From assembly GCA_963698225.1 (NCBI GenBank), contig CAVOPW010000014.1, positions 14,033 through 78,032 on the forward strand: a stretch of DNA of 64,000 bases, in the 5' to 3' direction. Shown here piece by piece: positions 1-10,197 of this stretch. The stretch is from an uncultured bacterium. GTDB lineage: Bacteria; Zixibacteria; MSB-5A5; CAIYYT01. The position numbers and the translations under genes were made by a program. Each line of letters starts with the position of its first letter. Within the stretch, counting starts at the first letter, position 1. The notes beneath the pieces are model-generated. The model ran no database searches. It was not told the origin of the DNA and worked only from the letters and a program-made list of their open reading frames with translations.

Positions 1-201
1 ACGAGACCGGCGCAATCTCGGCGCGCAAGTTAACCCTCGCTTACCCCGTCGAAACCAGGTCACCCCCAAAGGACTAACATGTCATTCATTATATATATCG
101 GAGTTTCCGGCGTCAAGTTCCGTGAATTTATTGACTGTGTCCCGGCCAGGGCGACAAAGTTCTACTTTGATTTGGACTGTCTGCAATGTATTAATATCGA
201 A

Positions 202-486
202 ATGAATACTCGATTGAGATTAGCGCGTTGGCTTGCTCTGAGCCTTCTACTGGCCTTCAGCTTCTTTGTCTTTCATACAATCGAGCATCATCATAGCCAC
301 GAACTGCAAGAGAAAGAGTGTCCGATCTGCCACTTCGGCGTCGATATCGCTCTACCTGCCGTTCTGATACTGGCGCTGATTGCCATCCCCCCTACCCGAT
401 ATATAGTCGTAACGAGATTCTTCAGCCCTTCGAGTCTTCTCGTTTGCGCCGCAACTCCGAAACGCGCACCTCCTGCGGCGATTTAG
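202..486 (+). CDS. small His/Cys-rich membrane protein, family not recognised (possible metal-handling accessory)
   Basis: From ORF 79..486. I start it at the internal Met (atg 202) that precedes the hydrophobic helix LARWLALSLLLAFSFFVF. This is followed by HTIEHHHSHELQEKECPICHF and a second helix. It lies directly upstream of the metal-uptake genes. Confidence 0.4.
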   Translation: MNTRLRLARWLALSLLLAFSFFVFHTIEHHHSHELQEKECPICHFGVDIALPAVLILALIAIPPTRYIVVTRFFSPSSLLVCAATPKRAPPAAI

Positions 487-592
487 TTCGCCGAATTCTG
501 ATAATCAATACCAAGAACTATCAGCCGCTCTTGGGAGCGGCCAGTTCATAATCTGAACTGGTTCGCTGCCAACCCGGCCACAGGAGAAGTTT

Positions 593-1690
593 ATGTTTGC
601 AAGAGTATTTCTGCTCGCCTGCGCGAGCATTTTATGGCTAGCTACAGCGTTTGGGCAGACCACCCTAAATCCCGACATATCCGCCATCGGGGACGTGAGA
701 GCCTTTACGCATAATGACGAATCACGCCCAACGGAGAAGAACGAATTCAACCTGCTCTCCCCCAATATGGAACTCGTTGTGGCCGGATATCTCAACCCCT
801 ATGCTCGCGCCGATGTCGTGCTGGCGTGGGAGGACGGCGCCAATGCCGAAGTTGAGGAACTGTACGCCACGATTCTGCGTGGTTTGCCCCTGCGACTGAA
901 CATGCGAGTCGGCAAGTACCGTCTGGAATTCGGCCGCCTCAATCCGGTTCATCCGCACGCCTATTCTTTTGTGCACCAGCCGTTGCCGCACGAAATGTTC
1001 TTCGGTGAGGAAGGACTGAACGACATGGCAATTCGTGCTTCGTTTGCCATCCCCACCGGGAAGCTGAATACGGAAATAATGGGCGCCGTGCTCAAGGGAG
1101 AGATCCTTGCCGGCGAGGAAGAGGAAGTCACCGGGGAACCGCTTGAACTTGCGAAGACCGCGGCAGCAAAGGAGGACGAAGTGTCGCGGATCAAGCCGGG
1201 ATTTTTCGGTAGAATGACGACATCCGGCGCGTTGTCCGAGGCCGCGGAACTTACGGCTGGAGTATCTGTCGTTACGTCAGAATACGACCGCGAGGAACAG
1301 CTTCGTGCACGGGTCCTCGGAGTTGACGCCAAATACAAGTGGAAACCCAATCGGAACACGTCCCTCACCATTGAAGGCGAATACCTGAACAATCATCGCG
1401 AAGTGGTTGAGGGCGAAGCAGTCAGTTCATCCGGAGCCTACGCCTATATTGACTATCGATTCCGCCAGAAATACAATGCGGGAGCGATGTTCGAGTATAG
1501 TCAGGATGCAAACGATAGCGACGCACACGTCTCGCGAATGACCGGATTTATCGGATTCGCTCCGATTGAAGAGACGACACTGATCAGATTGGTCGGCGAC
1601 TGGACCACGCCAAGTGAGGGCGATGGCTTCTGGACGGCGACACTGCAATTTGTGTTTTCGCTGGGCCCCCACCAACCGCACAACTTTTAG
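593..1690 (+). CDS. secreted outer-membrane beta-barrel protein (porin-like), family not recognised
   Basis: SD aggaga lies upstream of the atg. Signal peptide MFARVFLLACASILWLATAFGQ. The C-terminus ...LGPHQPHNF ends in Phe, as in OM beta-barrels. An acidic loop (EEEEVTGEPLE) is present. Confidence 0.6.
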   Translation: MFARVFLLACASILWLATAFGQTTLNPDISAIGDVRAFTHNDESRPTEKNEFNLLSPNMELVVAGYLNPYARADVVLAWEDGANAEVEELYATILRGLPLRLNMRVGKYRLEFGRLNPVHPHAYSFVHQPLPHEMFFGEEGLNDMAIRASFAIPTGKLNTEIMGAVLKGEILAGEEEEVTGEPLELAKTAAAKEDEVSRIKPGFFGRMTTSGALSEAAELTAGVSVVTSEYDREEQLRARVLGVDAKYKWKPNRNTSLTIEGEYLNNHREVVEGEAVSSSGAYAYIDYRFRQKYNAGAMFEYSQDANDSDAHVSRMTGFIGFAPIEETTLIRLVGDWTTPSEGDGFWTATLQFVFSLGPHQPHNF

Positions 1691-1699
1691 GAGATGAAG

Positions 1700-2588
1700 A
1701 TGAATAGATTACTTGCAATACTAATGGGCCTCGCGCTACTCTTTCCCTTTAACCGCACAGGCCGCTGTCAAGGTAGTGACCTCAACCAGCGATCTGGCTT
1801 ATTTCGCCAAGGAGATTGGCGGTAGTCTGGTCGAAGTCACCAGCATCGCGGCTCCGAGCGCCGACTTACACTATGTCGAGGTACGCCCCAGCTATATGGT
1901 CAAGATGCGCGACGCAGAGTTGGTTCTCAAGATAGGTCTTGAGTTGGACACGTGGATTGACCGCATCATCGACGGCTCCCGCAACAGCAGGCTCAAGAAA
2001 GTTGACTGTTCGATGTATATCGAACCAATGGAGGTACCCAGTTTCAAGGCGGACGCCTCATACGGTGATCTGCACCGGTTTGGAAATCCACATTACTGGC
2101 TGTCACCCGACAATGTCGAGCCAATCACCCGCGCAATTCTTGAGGGTTTGGCAGGTGTTGATCCGGCCAACTCCGGTATTTTCGCGCAGAACCGCGACAG
2201 GTTTCTGGAAAATCTGAACTCGGAACTACCGGCCATCAAAGCCCTTGCCGCGCCGCTGGTCGGAATCGAGATCATAACGTACCACAACTCCTGGCCGTAT
2301 TTTGCCGAATACTTCGGAATCAAGCTGGCCGGTTTCATTGAAAAGTACGCTGGTGTGGCACCGTCTCCATCACATATGGGAGACTTGATTGAACTCGTAG
2401 AGAAGCAGCAAATCAAGATCATTGCCATGGAACCATATTTTGAGAAGCGAGTCCCGCAGCGAATTGCAGAGTCCACGGGAGCCAGGGTCGTGATGCTTTA
2501 CCCTTCCATCGGTGGCCGCGACAAAACCGAGTCGTACATTGATTGGCTGCGTGGAAACATCAATGCCCTGCTTGAAGCATCGAGGTAA
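1700..2588 (+). CDS. periplasmic metal (Zn/Mn)-binding protein, ZnuA/TroA cluster-9 family, interrupted by one frameshift
   Basis: ORF 1776..2588 carries the conserved core VVTSTSDLAYFAKEIGG...YHNSWPYFAEYFGI. The signal peptide MNRLLAILMGLALLFP is encoded from atg 1700 in the frame offset by 1. The frames rejoin if one T of the ccc-ttt run near 1746-1750 is removed, giving ...LLFPLTAQAAVKVVTSTS. Confidence 0.85.
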
Positions 2589-2593
2589 CGACG

Positions 2594-3406
2594 ATGTTTG
2601 AATTGCTGCTTTGGCCGTTTTTGATCTGCGTGGTTCTGGTAGGCATCCATGTCTACTTCGGACTCCATGTCATTAAGCGCGGAATCATTTTTGTCGACCT
2701 CTCCCTGGCGCAGGTAGCTGCGCTGGGGAGCACACTTGCATTCCTGCTGGGCTTTGAACTCGACAGCAGTACAGCCTACTTGTTTTCGCTCGCCTTTGCC
2801 TTGGTTGGCGCACTCGTTTTTGCGTTTACCCGCGAGATCGAAGGCAAGATTCCGCAGGAGGCAATTATCGGTATTGCTTACGCTGTCAGCGCGGCAGCAG
2901 CGATCATGGCCGTGAGCCACTCACCCGAGGGAGCAGAACACATCAAGTATCTGCTGATCGGGAGCATCCTGACTGTAACGCCGCTAATAGTACTCAAGAC
3001 CGCGGTCGTTTACACACTCGTCGGCGTGTTTCATTGGATTTATTTCAAGAAGTTTGCGGCTCTGACTTTCGGCGGCGTTGAGACCGTCAGGCGAAGACGG
3101 CTGTGGGATTTCTTGTTCTACGCGTCATTCGGTGTGGTGGTTACGAGTTCGGTTAAGATTTGCGGCGTTTTGTTGGTATTCATCTTCTTGGTTGTGCCAT
3201 CAGTATTTGCGGCTTTGACAACCAACGGCATCGCCAAGCACTTAGTTCTGGGTTGGATTTTCGGCCTGATCGGATCAGTGCTGGGACTGCTGTTGTCGTT
3301 CTGGATCGATACGCCCCCGGGGGCAACTATCGTCTGCACCTTTGGTGCGATGTTGCTGATGTTTGCCGGGTGGCGAACGTTAATTAAGCCGAAACTTGCG
3401 GGTTAG
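2594..3406 (+). CDS. ABC-3 family metal-transporter permease (ZnuB/TroD-like)
   Basis: 270 aa and polytopic. The N-terminus MFELLLWPFLICVVLVGIHVYFGLHVIKRGIIFVDLSLAQVAALG is typical of ABC-3 permeases. It starts 5 nt after the binding-protein gene. Confidence 0.85.
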   Translation: MFELLLWPFLICVVLVGIHVYFGLHVIKRGIIFVDLSLAQVAALGSTLAFLLGFELDSSTAYLFSLAFALVGALVFAFTREIEGKIPQEAIIGIAYAVSAAAAIMAVSHSPEGAEHIKYLLIGSILTVTPLIVLKTAVVYTLVGVFHWIYFKKFAALTFGGVETVRRRRLWDFLFYASFGVVVTSSVKICGVLLVFIFLVVPSVFAALTTNGIAKHLVLGWIFGLIGSVLGLLLSFWIDTPPGATIVCTFGAMLLMFAGWRTLIKPKLAG

Positions 3407-3417
3407 ATGCCGGCGAC

Positions 3418-4512
3418 TCACGTGTAGACGAGATCGGCGTTTTCGTACTCTTCAAGCAGGGTCGATACCAGTTGCTTCACCGAAACCACCTGATCGACGC
3501 GATAGGCATTGGCGCCGGCAAACGCGAAACCGTTATGCAGATAGCCCTTCTGGGCACTGATTAGGGCGTGAGCGATGCAATAAGGGGAATTATTGTAATC
3601 ACAGGTGATGATGCAATGATAAGGACACTTGTAGGGCTTTTTCACTCCGGCGCTAACATCATCGATGTACTTGTTGCGAATGGCGCGCCCCGGCATGCCG
3701 ACCGGACTCTTGATGATGACGATATCTTCGGAATTGGAGTCGATATAAGCCTGCTTGAACGCCTGGTCAGCGTCGCACTCGTAGGTGGCGACAAAGCGGG
3801 TTCCCATTTGTACGCCGGCGACGCCCATATCCGTAAAGCGGCGGATATCCCTGCCGGTGTAAATGCCGCCGGCAGCAATGACCGGAATTTTCTTGCCGGT
3901 CTGCTTTTCGAAGATTGCAACCTCTTCGAGGATCGGCGGCACCAGTTTCTCAAGTGCATACTCCGGATCGGCGATTTGTTCAACGCGAAATCCGAGATGT
4001 CCACCCGCCCGGGGCCCTTCGACAACAAAAGCATCCGGAAGATAATCGTACTTATGCAACCAGCGCTTGCAGATTAAACCGACCGCTCGTGCGGAAGACA
4101 CAATCGGCACCAGCATCGTCTTCGTGCCGGGCCGCCGATATTGAGGCAGGTTCAGGGGAAGTCCGGCGCCGGAGAAGATGATGTCGATTTCTTCCTCAAT
4201 CGCCGTCTGCACAAGATCGCCAAAGTTGGAGAAGGCGACCATAATATTGAGGCCGATTATCCCGGTGGTGAGCGACTTCGCCCGCCGAATTTCGCGGCGG
4301 AGCGCCCGCGTATTGGCTTCGAGGAAATTGGAGTAAAAGTCAGGCTCGTTCATACCAATTCCCGCGGAAGCGATAACGCCGATGCAGCCTTCGCTTGCAA
4401 CCGCGCTGGCCAGTCCGGAAAGCGATACACCAACGCCCATTCCGCCTTGAACAATAGGTATGCGAGCAGTGTAATTGCCGATGATGAGGGGAGTGATTTC
4501 AGATACTGACAC
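3418..4512 (-). CDS. nitronate monooxygenase / FabK-like FMN oxidoreductase (NPD family)
   Basis: 364 aa with IVQGGMGVGVS..., IAAGGIYTG and VQMGTRF motifs typical of the 2-nitropropane dioxygenase/NMO TIM-barrel family. Confidence 0.8.
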   Translation of the reverse strand: MSVSEITPLIIGNYTARIPIVQGGMGVGVSLSGLASAVASEGCIGVIASAGIGMNEPDFYSNFLEANTRALRREIRRAKSLTTGIIGLNIMVAFSNFGDLVQTAIEEEIDIIFSGAGLPLNLPQYRRPGTKTMLVPIVSSARAVGLICKRWLHKYDYLPDAFVVEGPRAGGHLGFRVEQIADPEYALEKLVPPILEEVAIFEKQTGKKIPVIAAGGIYTGRDIRRFTDMGVAGVQMGTRFVATYECDADQAFKQAYIDSNSEDIVIIKSPVGMPGRAIRNKYIDDVSAGVKKPYKCPYHCIITCDYNNSPYCIAHALISAQKGYLHNGFAFAGANAYRVDQVVSVKQLVSTLLEEYENADLVYT

Positions 4513-4676
4513 TAAAACAAGTAATCCTCGCCGGGATGAACAATAAAATACAATGTAAGCAATTGTATCATAATAGACAAACTATACTACGTCGGAAACA
4601 AAGATTTTATTTGGCGACATTTTTCGCTGTCCATACGGTTCCAAGGATCTTGATGCGGCTTGCCTGCTGTCAGATT

Positions 4677-5516
4677 CTAAAACCTTGGGGCGTCTGAGTC
4701 GTTGCGCTCGCGCAGAAACCACTCGTAGTGCGCCATAGTGAAGAGGACATTGGAGAATGCGCCAAAATAGCCGGCCAGCGGCACTGATATCACAGCCGCG
4801 AAGAAATATATCGCGCCCGACGCCAAGCTCGAACCCCCTAATGCAAACTTCGCTGCCAGATGAGTCATGGAGAACATTATTGAGATTGGGGTCAGAGCGA
4901 TGATGGGAATCAACAAGGCCGAGAATGTCAAGCCCACAGTAGCCATTCTCAAGGAATTGAGCTGCTGGAATGCCTTCGCAAGGCTGTCGCCCACACCCAA
5001 GTTGAAGTGAACAATGTTGCGGTAGGCGTAGTTCATAATCGCAGTCAAGAGTATTGCGGCTGCGATGGCCACCGGAACGAAAAAAAACGCGACAACAACA
5101 CCGAGAATGACCGAGTTGATGAACGCGATTATCAGCGGAATTCCGAGCATGATGAAAAGCAAGATGCCGCATCCGAACCACAGTAGTGCCAGCCCCAGAC
5201 AGCGCCCGAAAAAATCAAACCCGGCACGCAAGGCCTCGCCGGCCCGCAACGGCGTCCCGGCGCGCGCGCGGGAAGCGGCCAGAATCAACGCCGGCTGCAA
5301 AAAAGCACCAGCGAGCAGCGTCACCACAGCCAGCATCATGGCGGCGGCCATAATAATCAGGAATAGTCGAATCGGAAAGTCGTCGCCTGGCTGATATTGG
5401 AAGTCGAATGGATAGCCGCCAACCAACTGCGGGTAGATGGCAAATCCCGCCAACCAAAACCACTTGAACCGCCACGTAAGTGTGAACGCTTCTTTGAGAA
5501 CATCTGCAAACCGCAT
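4677..5516 (-). CDS. polytopic membrane protein of unknown function
   Basis: 279-aa ORF with at least 6 hydrophobic helices. N-terminus MRFADVLKEAFTLTWRFKWFWLAGF. No catalytic motif recognised. Confidence 0.6.
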   Translation of the reverse strand: MRFADVLKEAFTLTWRFKWFWLAGFAIYPQLVGGYPFDFQYQPGDDFPIRLFLIIMAAAMMLAVVTLLAGAFLQPALILAASRARAGTPLRAGEALRAGFDFFGRCLGLALLWFGCGILLFIMLGIPLIIAFINSVILGVVVAFFFVPVAIAAAILLTAIMNYAYRNIVHFNLGVGDSLAKAFQQLNSLRMATVGLTFSALLIPIIALTPISIMFSMTHLAAKFALGGSSLASGAIYFFAAVISVPLAGYFGAFSNVLFTMAHYEWFLRERNDSDAPRF

Positions 5517-5581
5517 ACGCTCGTATGATAGACTAACGATTCAATTCTCCCAAGCGCATTTTTTTTCGAAGGTCGACTGAC

Positions 5582-5597
5582 CGCAATTGCGGTCTTT
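5582..5597. promoter_or_regulatory. perfect 16-bp palindrome GACCGCAATTGCGGTC (candidate operator or hairpin)
   Basis: Read directly from the sequence. It is followed by TTTTT on the + strand and lies in the divergent region between 4677..5516 (-) and the ABC leader unit (+). Confidence 0.25.
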
Positions 5598-5665
5598 TTC
5601 AGTGATTAATCCCTTATCCCGCAACAGGATTACTATGTGGTCCCGACCTGTTGGAAGGTTTTTTC

Positions 5666-5693
5666 TTGACAGTTTATGATTCTCTCCTATTTT
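5666..5693 (+). promoter_or_regulatory. sigma70-like promoter of the leader/ABC exporter unit
   Basis: TTGACA (5666-5671), a 16-nt spacer, then TATTTT (5688-5693). Confidence 0.45.
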
Positions 5694-5768
5694 GTCAGAA
5701 CTTCATGACTCATGTTTTCGTAAACTTTTGCGATAATAATAGTCTAACTTAACGAGGAGAGAACCTTG

Positions 5769-5864
5769 ATGATGATCCGGCAACAGACACCCGCGAATAG
5801 TCGGGGAGTAGTCTGCCTGCTCCGCGACACGGTTCCGCCTCGGCCTATCCGCCCTAATCTCTAA
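5769..5864 (+). CDS. 31-codon leader ORF (MMIRQQTPANSRGVVCLLRDTVPPRPIRPNL)
   Basis: GAGGAG lies 9 nt upstream of atg 5769 and the stop taa is at 5862-5864. The C-terminus is Pro-rich. An intrinsic terminator starts about 25 nt downstream. The ORF is too short for the ORF track. Confidence 0.3.
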   Translation: MMIRQQTPANSRGVVCLLRDTVPPRPIRPNL

Positions 5865-5888
5865 GTACGACATTACACGGATAATTCG

Positions 5889-5917
5889 AGCCGGACCCGA
5901 ACGAGTCCGGTTTTTTT
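5889..5917 (+). terminator. intrinsic terminator/attenuator immediately upstream of the first ABC exporter gene
   Basis: Hairpin CCGGAC-ccgaacga-GTCCGG followed by TTTTTTT (5911-5917), 60 nt before atg 5978. Confidence 0.6.
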
Positions 5918-5977
5918 GTGATTGCCGCCGGGCTCATGCAAGAGTTGTTTTTGGAATTAGAGGATTAGTTACACGAT

Positions 5978-7853
5978 ATGGATTCTGCATACTATCAGGA
6001 AGAACAGGAGACTTCGGTCAGTGCCAAAGAGGCGCTGCGCGGCCTGTTGCCGCTACTGTCTCCGCACCGCAAGCGATTATACATCAACCTCGTTCTGCTG
6101 ATTATCGCGAACGGGCTGTCGCTGCTGAGCCCGGTGATCATTCAGAAGACCGTGGATCTCGTGACATCTCCGGCTTCGTCGACTGCCGGCACCAGCCTGC
6201 CGACGGCGACGGTTGATGCGCTGATTCCACAAGTGATGTGGATGTCACTAATTTACGTGCTTGTCCTGCTGGCGTTCTTAATCGCCAACTATGCCCAGCG
6301 CGTTCATCTGGAAGTTATCGGCCAGGATGTCATCACCGATCTGAAGCAGCGCTGTTTCAATCACGTAGTTGGATTGTCGGTTTCGTTCTTCGACCGGAAT
6401 CCGGTTGGCCGGCTGCTGTCGCGGGTCGAGTCGGATGGCGAGGCATTGCGCCAGTTTTTCTCGAGCGTCGTCGTGTTAATCATCGGCGATGCGCTGAAGT
6501 TGATCGGTATCTTTGCCATACTGTTCTATTACAGTTGGCAACTGACGCTCGCGGTATTGGTCCTGGCGCCGGTGGTCATCACGCTGATGTACTTCTACCA
6601 GCGGTACACAACACCGCGCTTCCTGGGGATCAGGAAGAAGATGGCCGACGTCATCGCGACAATGACGGAGTTTCTGCAAGGCATGAGCGTCGTGCAGGTA
6701 TTCAACCGCCAACAGTTGGTGAAGGATCGGATGAACGAGGCGAACCGGCAGAAATTCAAACTTGATGCCGAGGCGCATCTGTCGCATACGACTTTCTTTA
6801 ACCTGGTCTTCTTTGTCGAAAACGTCGGCATTGCCGTCGTGACGTTCTTCGGTGCGACCGTCCTGGTTGGGCAGATCGCCGGCACAGGCGGTGAAACGAT
6901 GACGGTTGGTACAATCCTGCTGTTCATCATGTTCATGCGCATGTTCTTCGAACCCATCCATCGGGCCGCCGAGGAGTTGCATGTTCTGCAGCGTGCCATC
7001 GCCGGCGCACGCCGGGTCTTCGCCCTGATGAAGAACGAGGAGCGAATTCCGGAACCGGAGCAGCCGCTGGTTTGGTCAGGCTTTGAGCAAGTCATTCGAT
7101 TCGAGAATGTCGGATTGTCATACAACGGCGACGAGCGTTTCGCGCTGCGCAATGCCTCTTTCGAGATCGCCAAAGGCGAGAAGGTCGCCTTAGTCGGAGT
7201 GACCGGCGGCGGCAAGAGCACAATCGTAAACTTGCTGTTGCGGTTCTACGATGCCACGGAAGGCCGGATCACGGTCGATGGCATTGACATTCGCGATCTC
7301 CATACGACTGACCTGCGCTCGAAATTCGGGCTGGTATTGCAGGACATCTTCCTGTTTCCGGGAAATGTGCGCGACAATATCACGCTGGAGCAAAGTCGAA
7401 TCAGCAGCCGAAGCCTTGGCGACGGCATCGCAGTTGGTGACCGCTGACAGGTTTATTGAGCGGATGCCGAAGAAGTACGAGACCGAGATTTCCGAGCGCG
7501 GCGCAAATCTGAGCCGCGGCGAACGGCAGTTGCTGTCTTTCGCCCGGGCAATGGTGTTCGACCCGCAGATTTTGCTTCTCGACGAGGCCACCAGCTCGGT
7601 GGACCCCGATACCGAGAAACAGATTCAGCTGGCGCTCGATCGCCTGCTTGCGGGAAGGACATCGTTGATCATCGCGCATCGCCTTGCGACAATTCTCGAT
7701 GCCGACAAGATTCTCGTCATTCGCGAGGGTCAGATTATTGAGCGCGGTACGCACCGTGAATTGCTGGCACATGGCGGTTATTATGAAAAACTTTACCGCC
7801 TGCAGTTCCAGGGACCCAAGATTGAGAAGGTAGCAAATGTGGAACAAGTTTAA
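5978..7853 (+). CDS. ABC exporter half-transporter (TMD-NBD, MsbA/MdlA-like), interrupted by one frameshift
   Basis: Fragments 5978..7447 and 7251..7853. Walker A GVTGGGKST, non-canonical signature LSRGERQ, Walker B ILLLDEATS. The frames rejoin if one A is removed at caaag near 7400, giving NITLEQVESAAEALATASQ. Confidence 0.9.
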
Positions 7854-9631
7854 GTGGTTGATGAGCGGATATTCCAATCACCGGCTGGCCTTCGCCTGGC
7901 TTGTGCTGGGTACGCCGTTCATTGCCGCCATTGCAATGCTACAGCCGCTGGTGCTGAAGTATCTTTTTGATGTCGTCAAGTACGGCAAGGGTGAACTTCC
8001 GACCCTGCTTCAACCGATGGGATTGTTGCTGCAGCGCTACGAATTGTCACCATTGGCCGAGGCCTTGACCATCCAGCTGATTCTGGCTGTGGTGGTCTTG
8101 GTGGTATACAATGCGCTTCAGGGCACTCGCGCCTATATGAATCAGCGTCTGGAATGGGAGTTCCGGCAACGGGCGTTTGCTTCGACAACCGAGAAGGGAC
8201 CGGACTTTCTACAACGTGTTTCGCACCGGCGATCTGGTCACCAGAATGACCGACGACGTGGCGGAGAAGCTGGCGTGGTTTGCCTGTTCCGGAATCTTCC
8301 GGTTCTACGAAGCCGTGCTAATTGTCGTGATCGGCGTCGCTATGATGCTGAGCCTGGACGTTCGGCTCACCATCTACACGGTTACGCCGCTGCCGATTCT
8401 GATTGTCATTTTCATGCTGACCTCGAGTTCACTGGACAAGCGCTTTGACAATCTGCAGGCCCGCATCTCCGACCTCAACAGTGCGATGGAGTCGTGCTTC
8501 TCGGGAACGCGGGTAGTCAAAGCCTACAATCGCGAGGAAGCCTGGAAAACGAAATTTGCCGCGACGATCGGCGCCCGCCGCAAGGCGGAGATTTCGACCG
8601 TACGTGCCTGGGCGGCAATTGATTCGCTGTACATGTATATCTGGCAGTTCGGTATCGCACTGGTGGTATTGATCGGCGGAATTATGGCGGCGAAAGGTTC
8701 GATCACGATCGGCGATTTTGTGGCTTTCACAAGTTACATCTTCCTGCTGGTCTTCCCGATGTTCGACATCGGTCAATTCATTGTGAAGGGCCGGCAGTCG
8801 GCTGTGAGTATCGGGCGCCTGATGGAAATTCAGAATTTTCCGACAATGGTCACCAATCATAACGGTGATCACAGCGCGATAGATTTTGAGAAGATCCGCT
8901 TTACGGACGTGTCGTTCCGCTTTGCCAACAGCGAACACTACTCGCTGCAAGAGGTTGATTTCGAAGTGCGCAAAGGTGAAACCGTAGCCTTGGTGGGCCG
9001 CGTCGGTTCCGGCAAAAGCACAGTCATCAATCTGTTAACGCGTCTCGTCGATCCGATTGAAGGAACAATCATGCTGGATGACCGGCCGTTGAAATCGTTG
9101 TCGCTTGACAACTATCGCGATATCATCGGCTACGTTCCGCAGGAACCGGTGCTGTTTTCGGACACGATCGAAGGCAACGTCCGCTTCGGCGACAGTTCCA
9201 TCACGGCAGAACGCGTCACAGAAGTGATCAAGATCGCGCAGCTGGACGCACAGCTGGAGCGATTCCCCGGCGGTCTGCAGACGCGCATCGGCACGCGCGG
9301 ATTGACGATCTCCGGCGGCGAGAAACAGCGGGTGGCGATCGCGCGGGCGCTGGCCCGCAATCCTAAAATTCTCATTTTGGACGATTGTACTTCGGCGCTG
9401 GACGCACGCACCGAAGAGCGGCTTTGGTCGGCCCTGCACGAGGTCATGCCCGACATGACTTGCTTTGTCGTGACGCATCGCGCCAAGACACTGCGGAAGG
9501 CAAACAAGATATTCTTGTTCGATCAGGGTCGCATCATCGATCGCGGTACGCATGATGACCTTCTTGATCGCTCGGATTCGTACCGCGAGTTGTATTCGCG
9601 CAGTGAATTGGAAGAAGCGGTTGAGGGGTAG
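7837..9631 (+). CDS. ABC exporter half-transporter (TMD-NBD, MdlB-like) with degenerate Walker B, interrupted by one frameshift
   Basis: Fragments 7837..8448 and 8177..9631. Walker A GRVGSGKST, signature ISGGEKQ. Walker B is ILILDDCTS, with Asp replacing the catalytic Glu. The frames rejoin if one T is removed at gacttt-c near 8208, giving GPDFYNVFRTGDLV. It overlaps the upstream gene by 17 nt. Confidence 0.9.
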
Positions 9632-9780
9632 ACTATTCCTTCTCCTAATCATGTGCGGGTGTACCGAAGCACCGGTTCACCCGCAGGTTATTGGCCTGCA
9701 ACGTGGAATAATCTTGCTGGATTCCGGCCTTCGCCAGAATGACGAAGCGTCAATTAGCCGGTAATCATAGCAACCAAACA

Positions 9781-10197
9781 CTAGTAGTGGTAAAGCATCG
9801 CGTAAACCGCTATCCCGCTCACCGAGACAAACATCCACACCGGCCACAGCCAGCGCACAATGCGTTGATGCTTCTCGAAGCGTCCCTTGAGAGCGTGAAT
9901 CACGGCGACAATAATGAAAGGGGTCATCAAGGCTGCCAGGATTACGTGCGGAATTAGAATGGCAAAATATACCGGGCGCGTCCAATCGTGATGTGGATAC
10001 GGCACGGAACCGGCGCTGTAATGGTAGATCAAATATGAGGTCAGAAACAGCGCCGACGAGACCAATGCGGCAATCATGAACTTACGGTGCGTATCGCGGC
10101 GACCGCGCTTGATGTTGATGTATCCAAACGCGAGGAGGATCGCGCTTATCGCATTGAGTATCGCATTGACGGTCGGGAGCATGGTGTAGTCGATCAC
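9781..10197 (-). CDS. DUF420 membrane protein (oxidase-cluster associated)
   Basis: 138 aa with 4 helices. MIDYTMLPTVNAILNAISAILLAFGYINIKRGRRDTHRKFM is typical of DUF420/YozB. It overlaps the SCO gene by 4 nt. Confidence 0.75.
   Translation of the reverse strand: MIDYTMLPTVNAILNAISAILLAFGYINIKRGRRDTHRKFMIAALVSSALFLTSYLIYHYSAGSVPYPHHDWTRPVYFAILIPHVILAALMTPFIIVAVIHALKGRFEKHQRIVRWLWPVWMFVSVSGIAVYAMLYHY

Noticed and set aside
185-215. AT-rich partial palindrome (gTATTAATAtc) upstream of the His-rich ORF as a Zur/Fur box
   Set aside because: Only an 8-bp palindromic core is present, which is too short and too generic to call a metalloregulator site without a genome-wide motif.
5700-5917. Riboswitch (guanidine/ykkC-like, often found upstream of exporters) or a stand-alone sRNA in the promoter-to-terminator unit
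   Set aside because: I could not find the conserved ykkC blocks (such as GGGUUCCG... or ACACGGCGGGA-type) or any other riboswitch core I know. The presence of a good SD plus ORF favours a leader peptide. An Rfam scan would settle it.
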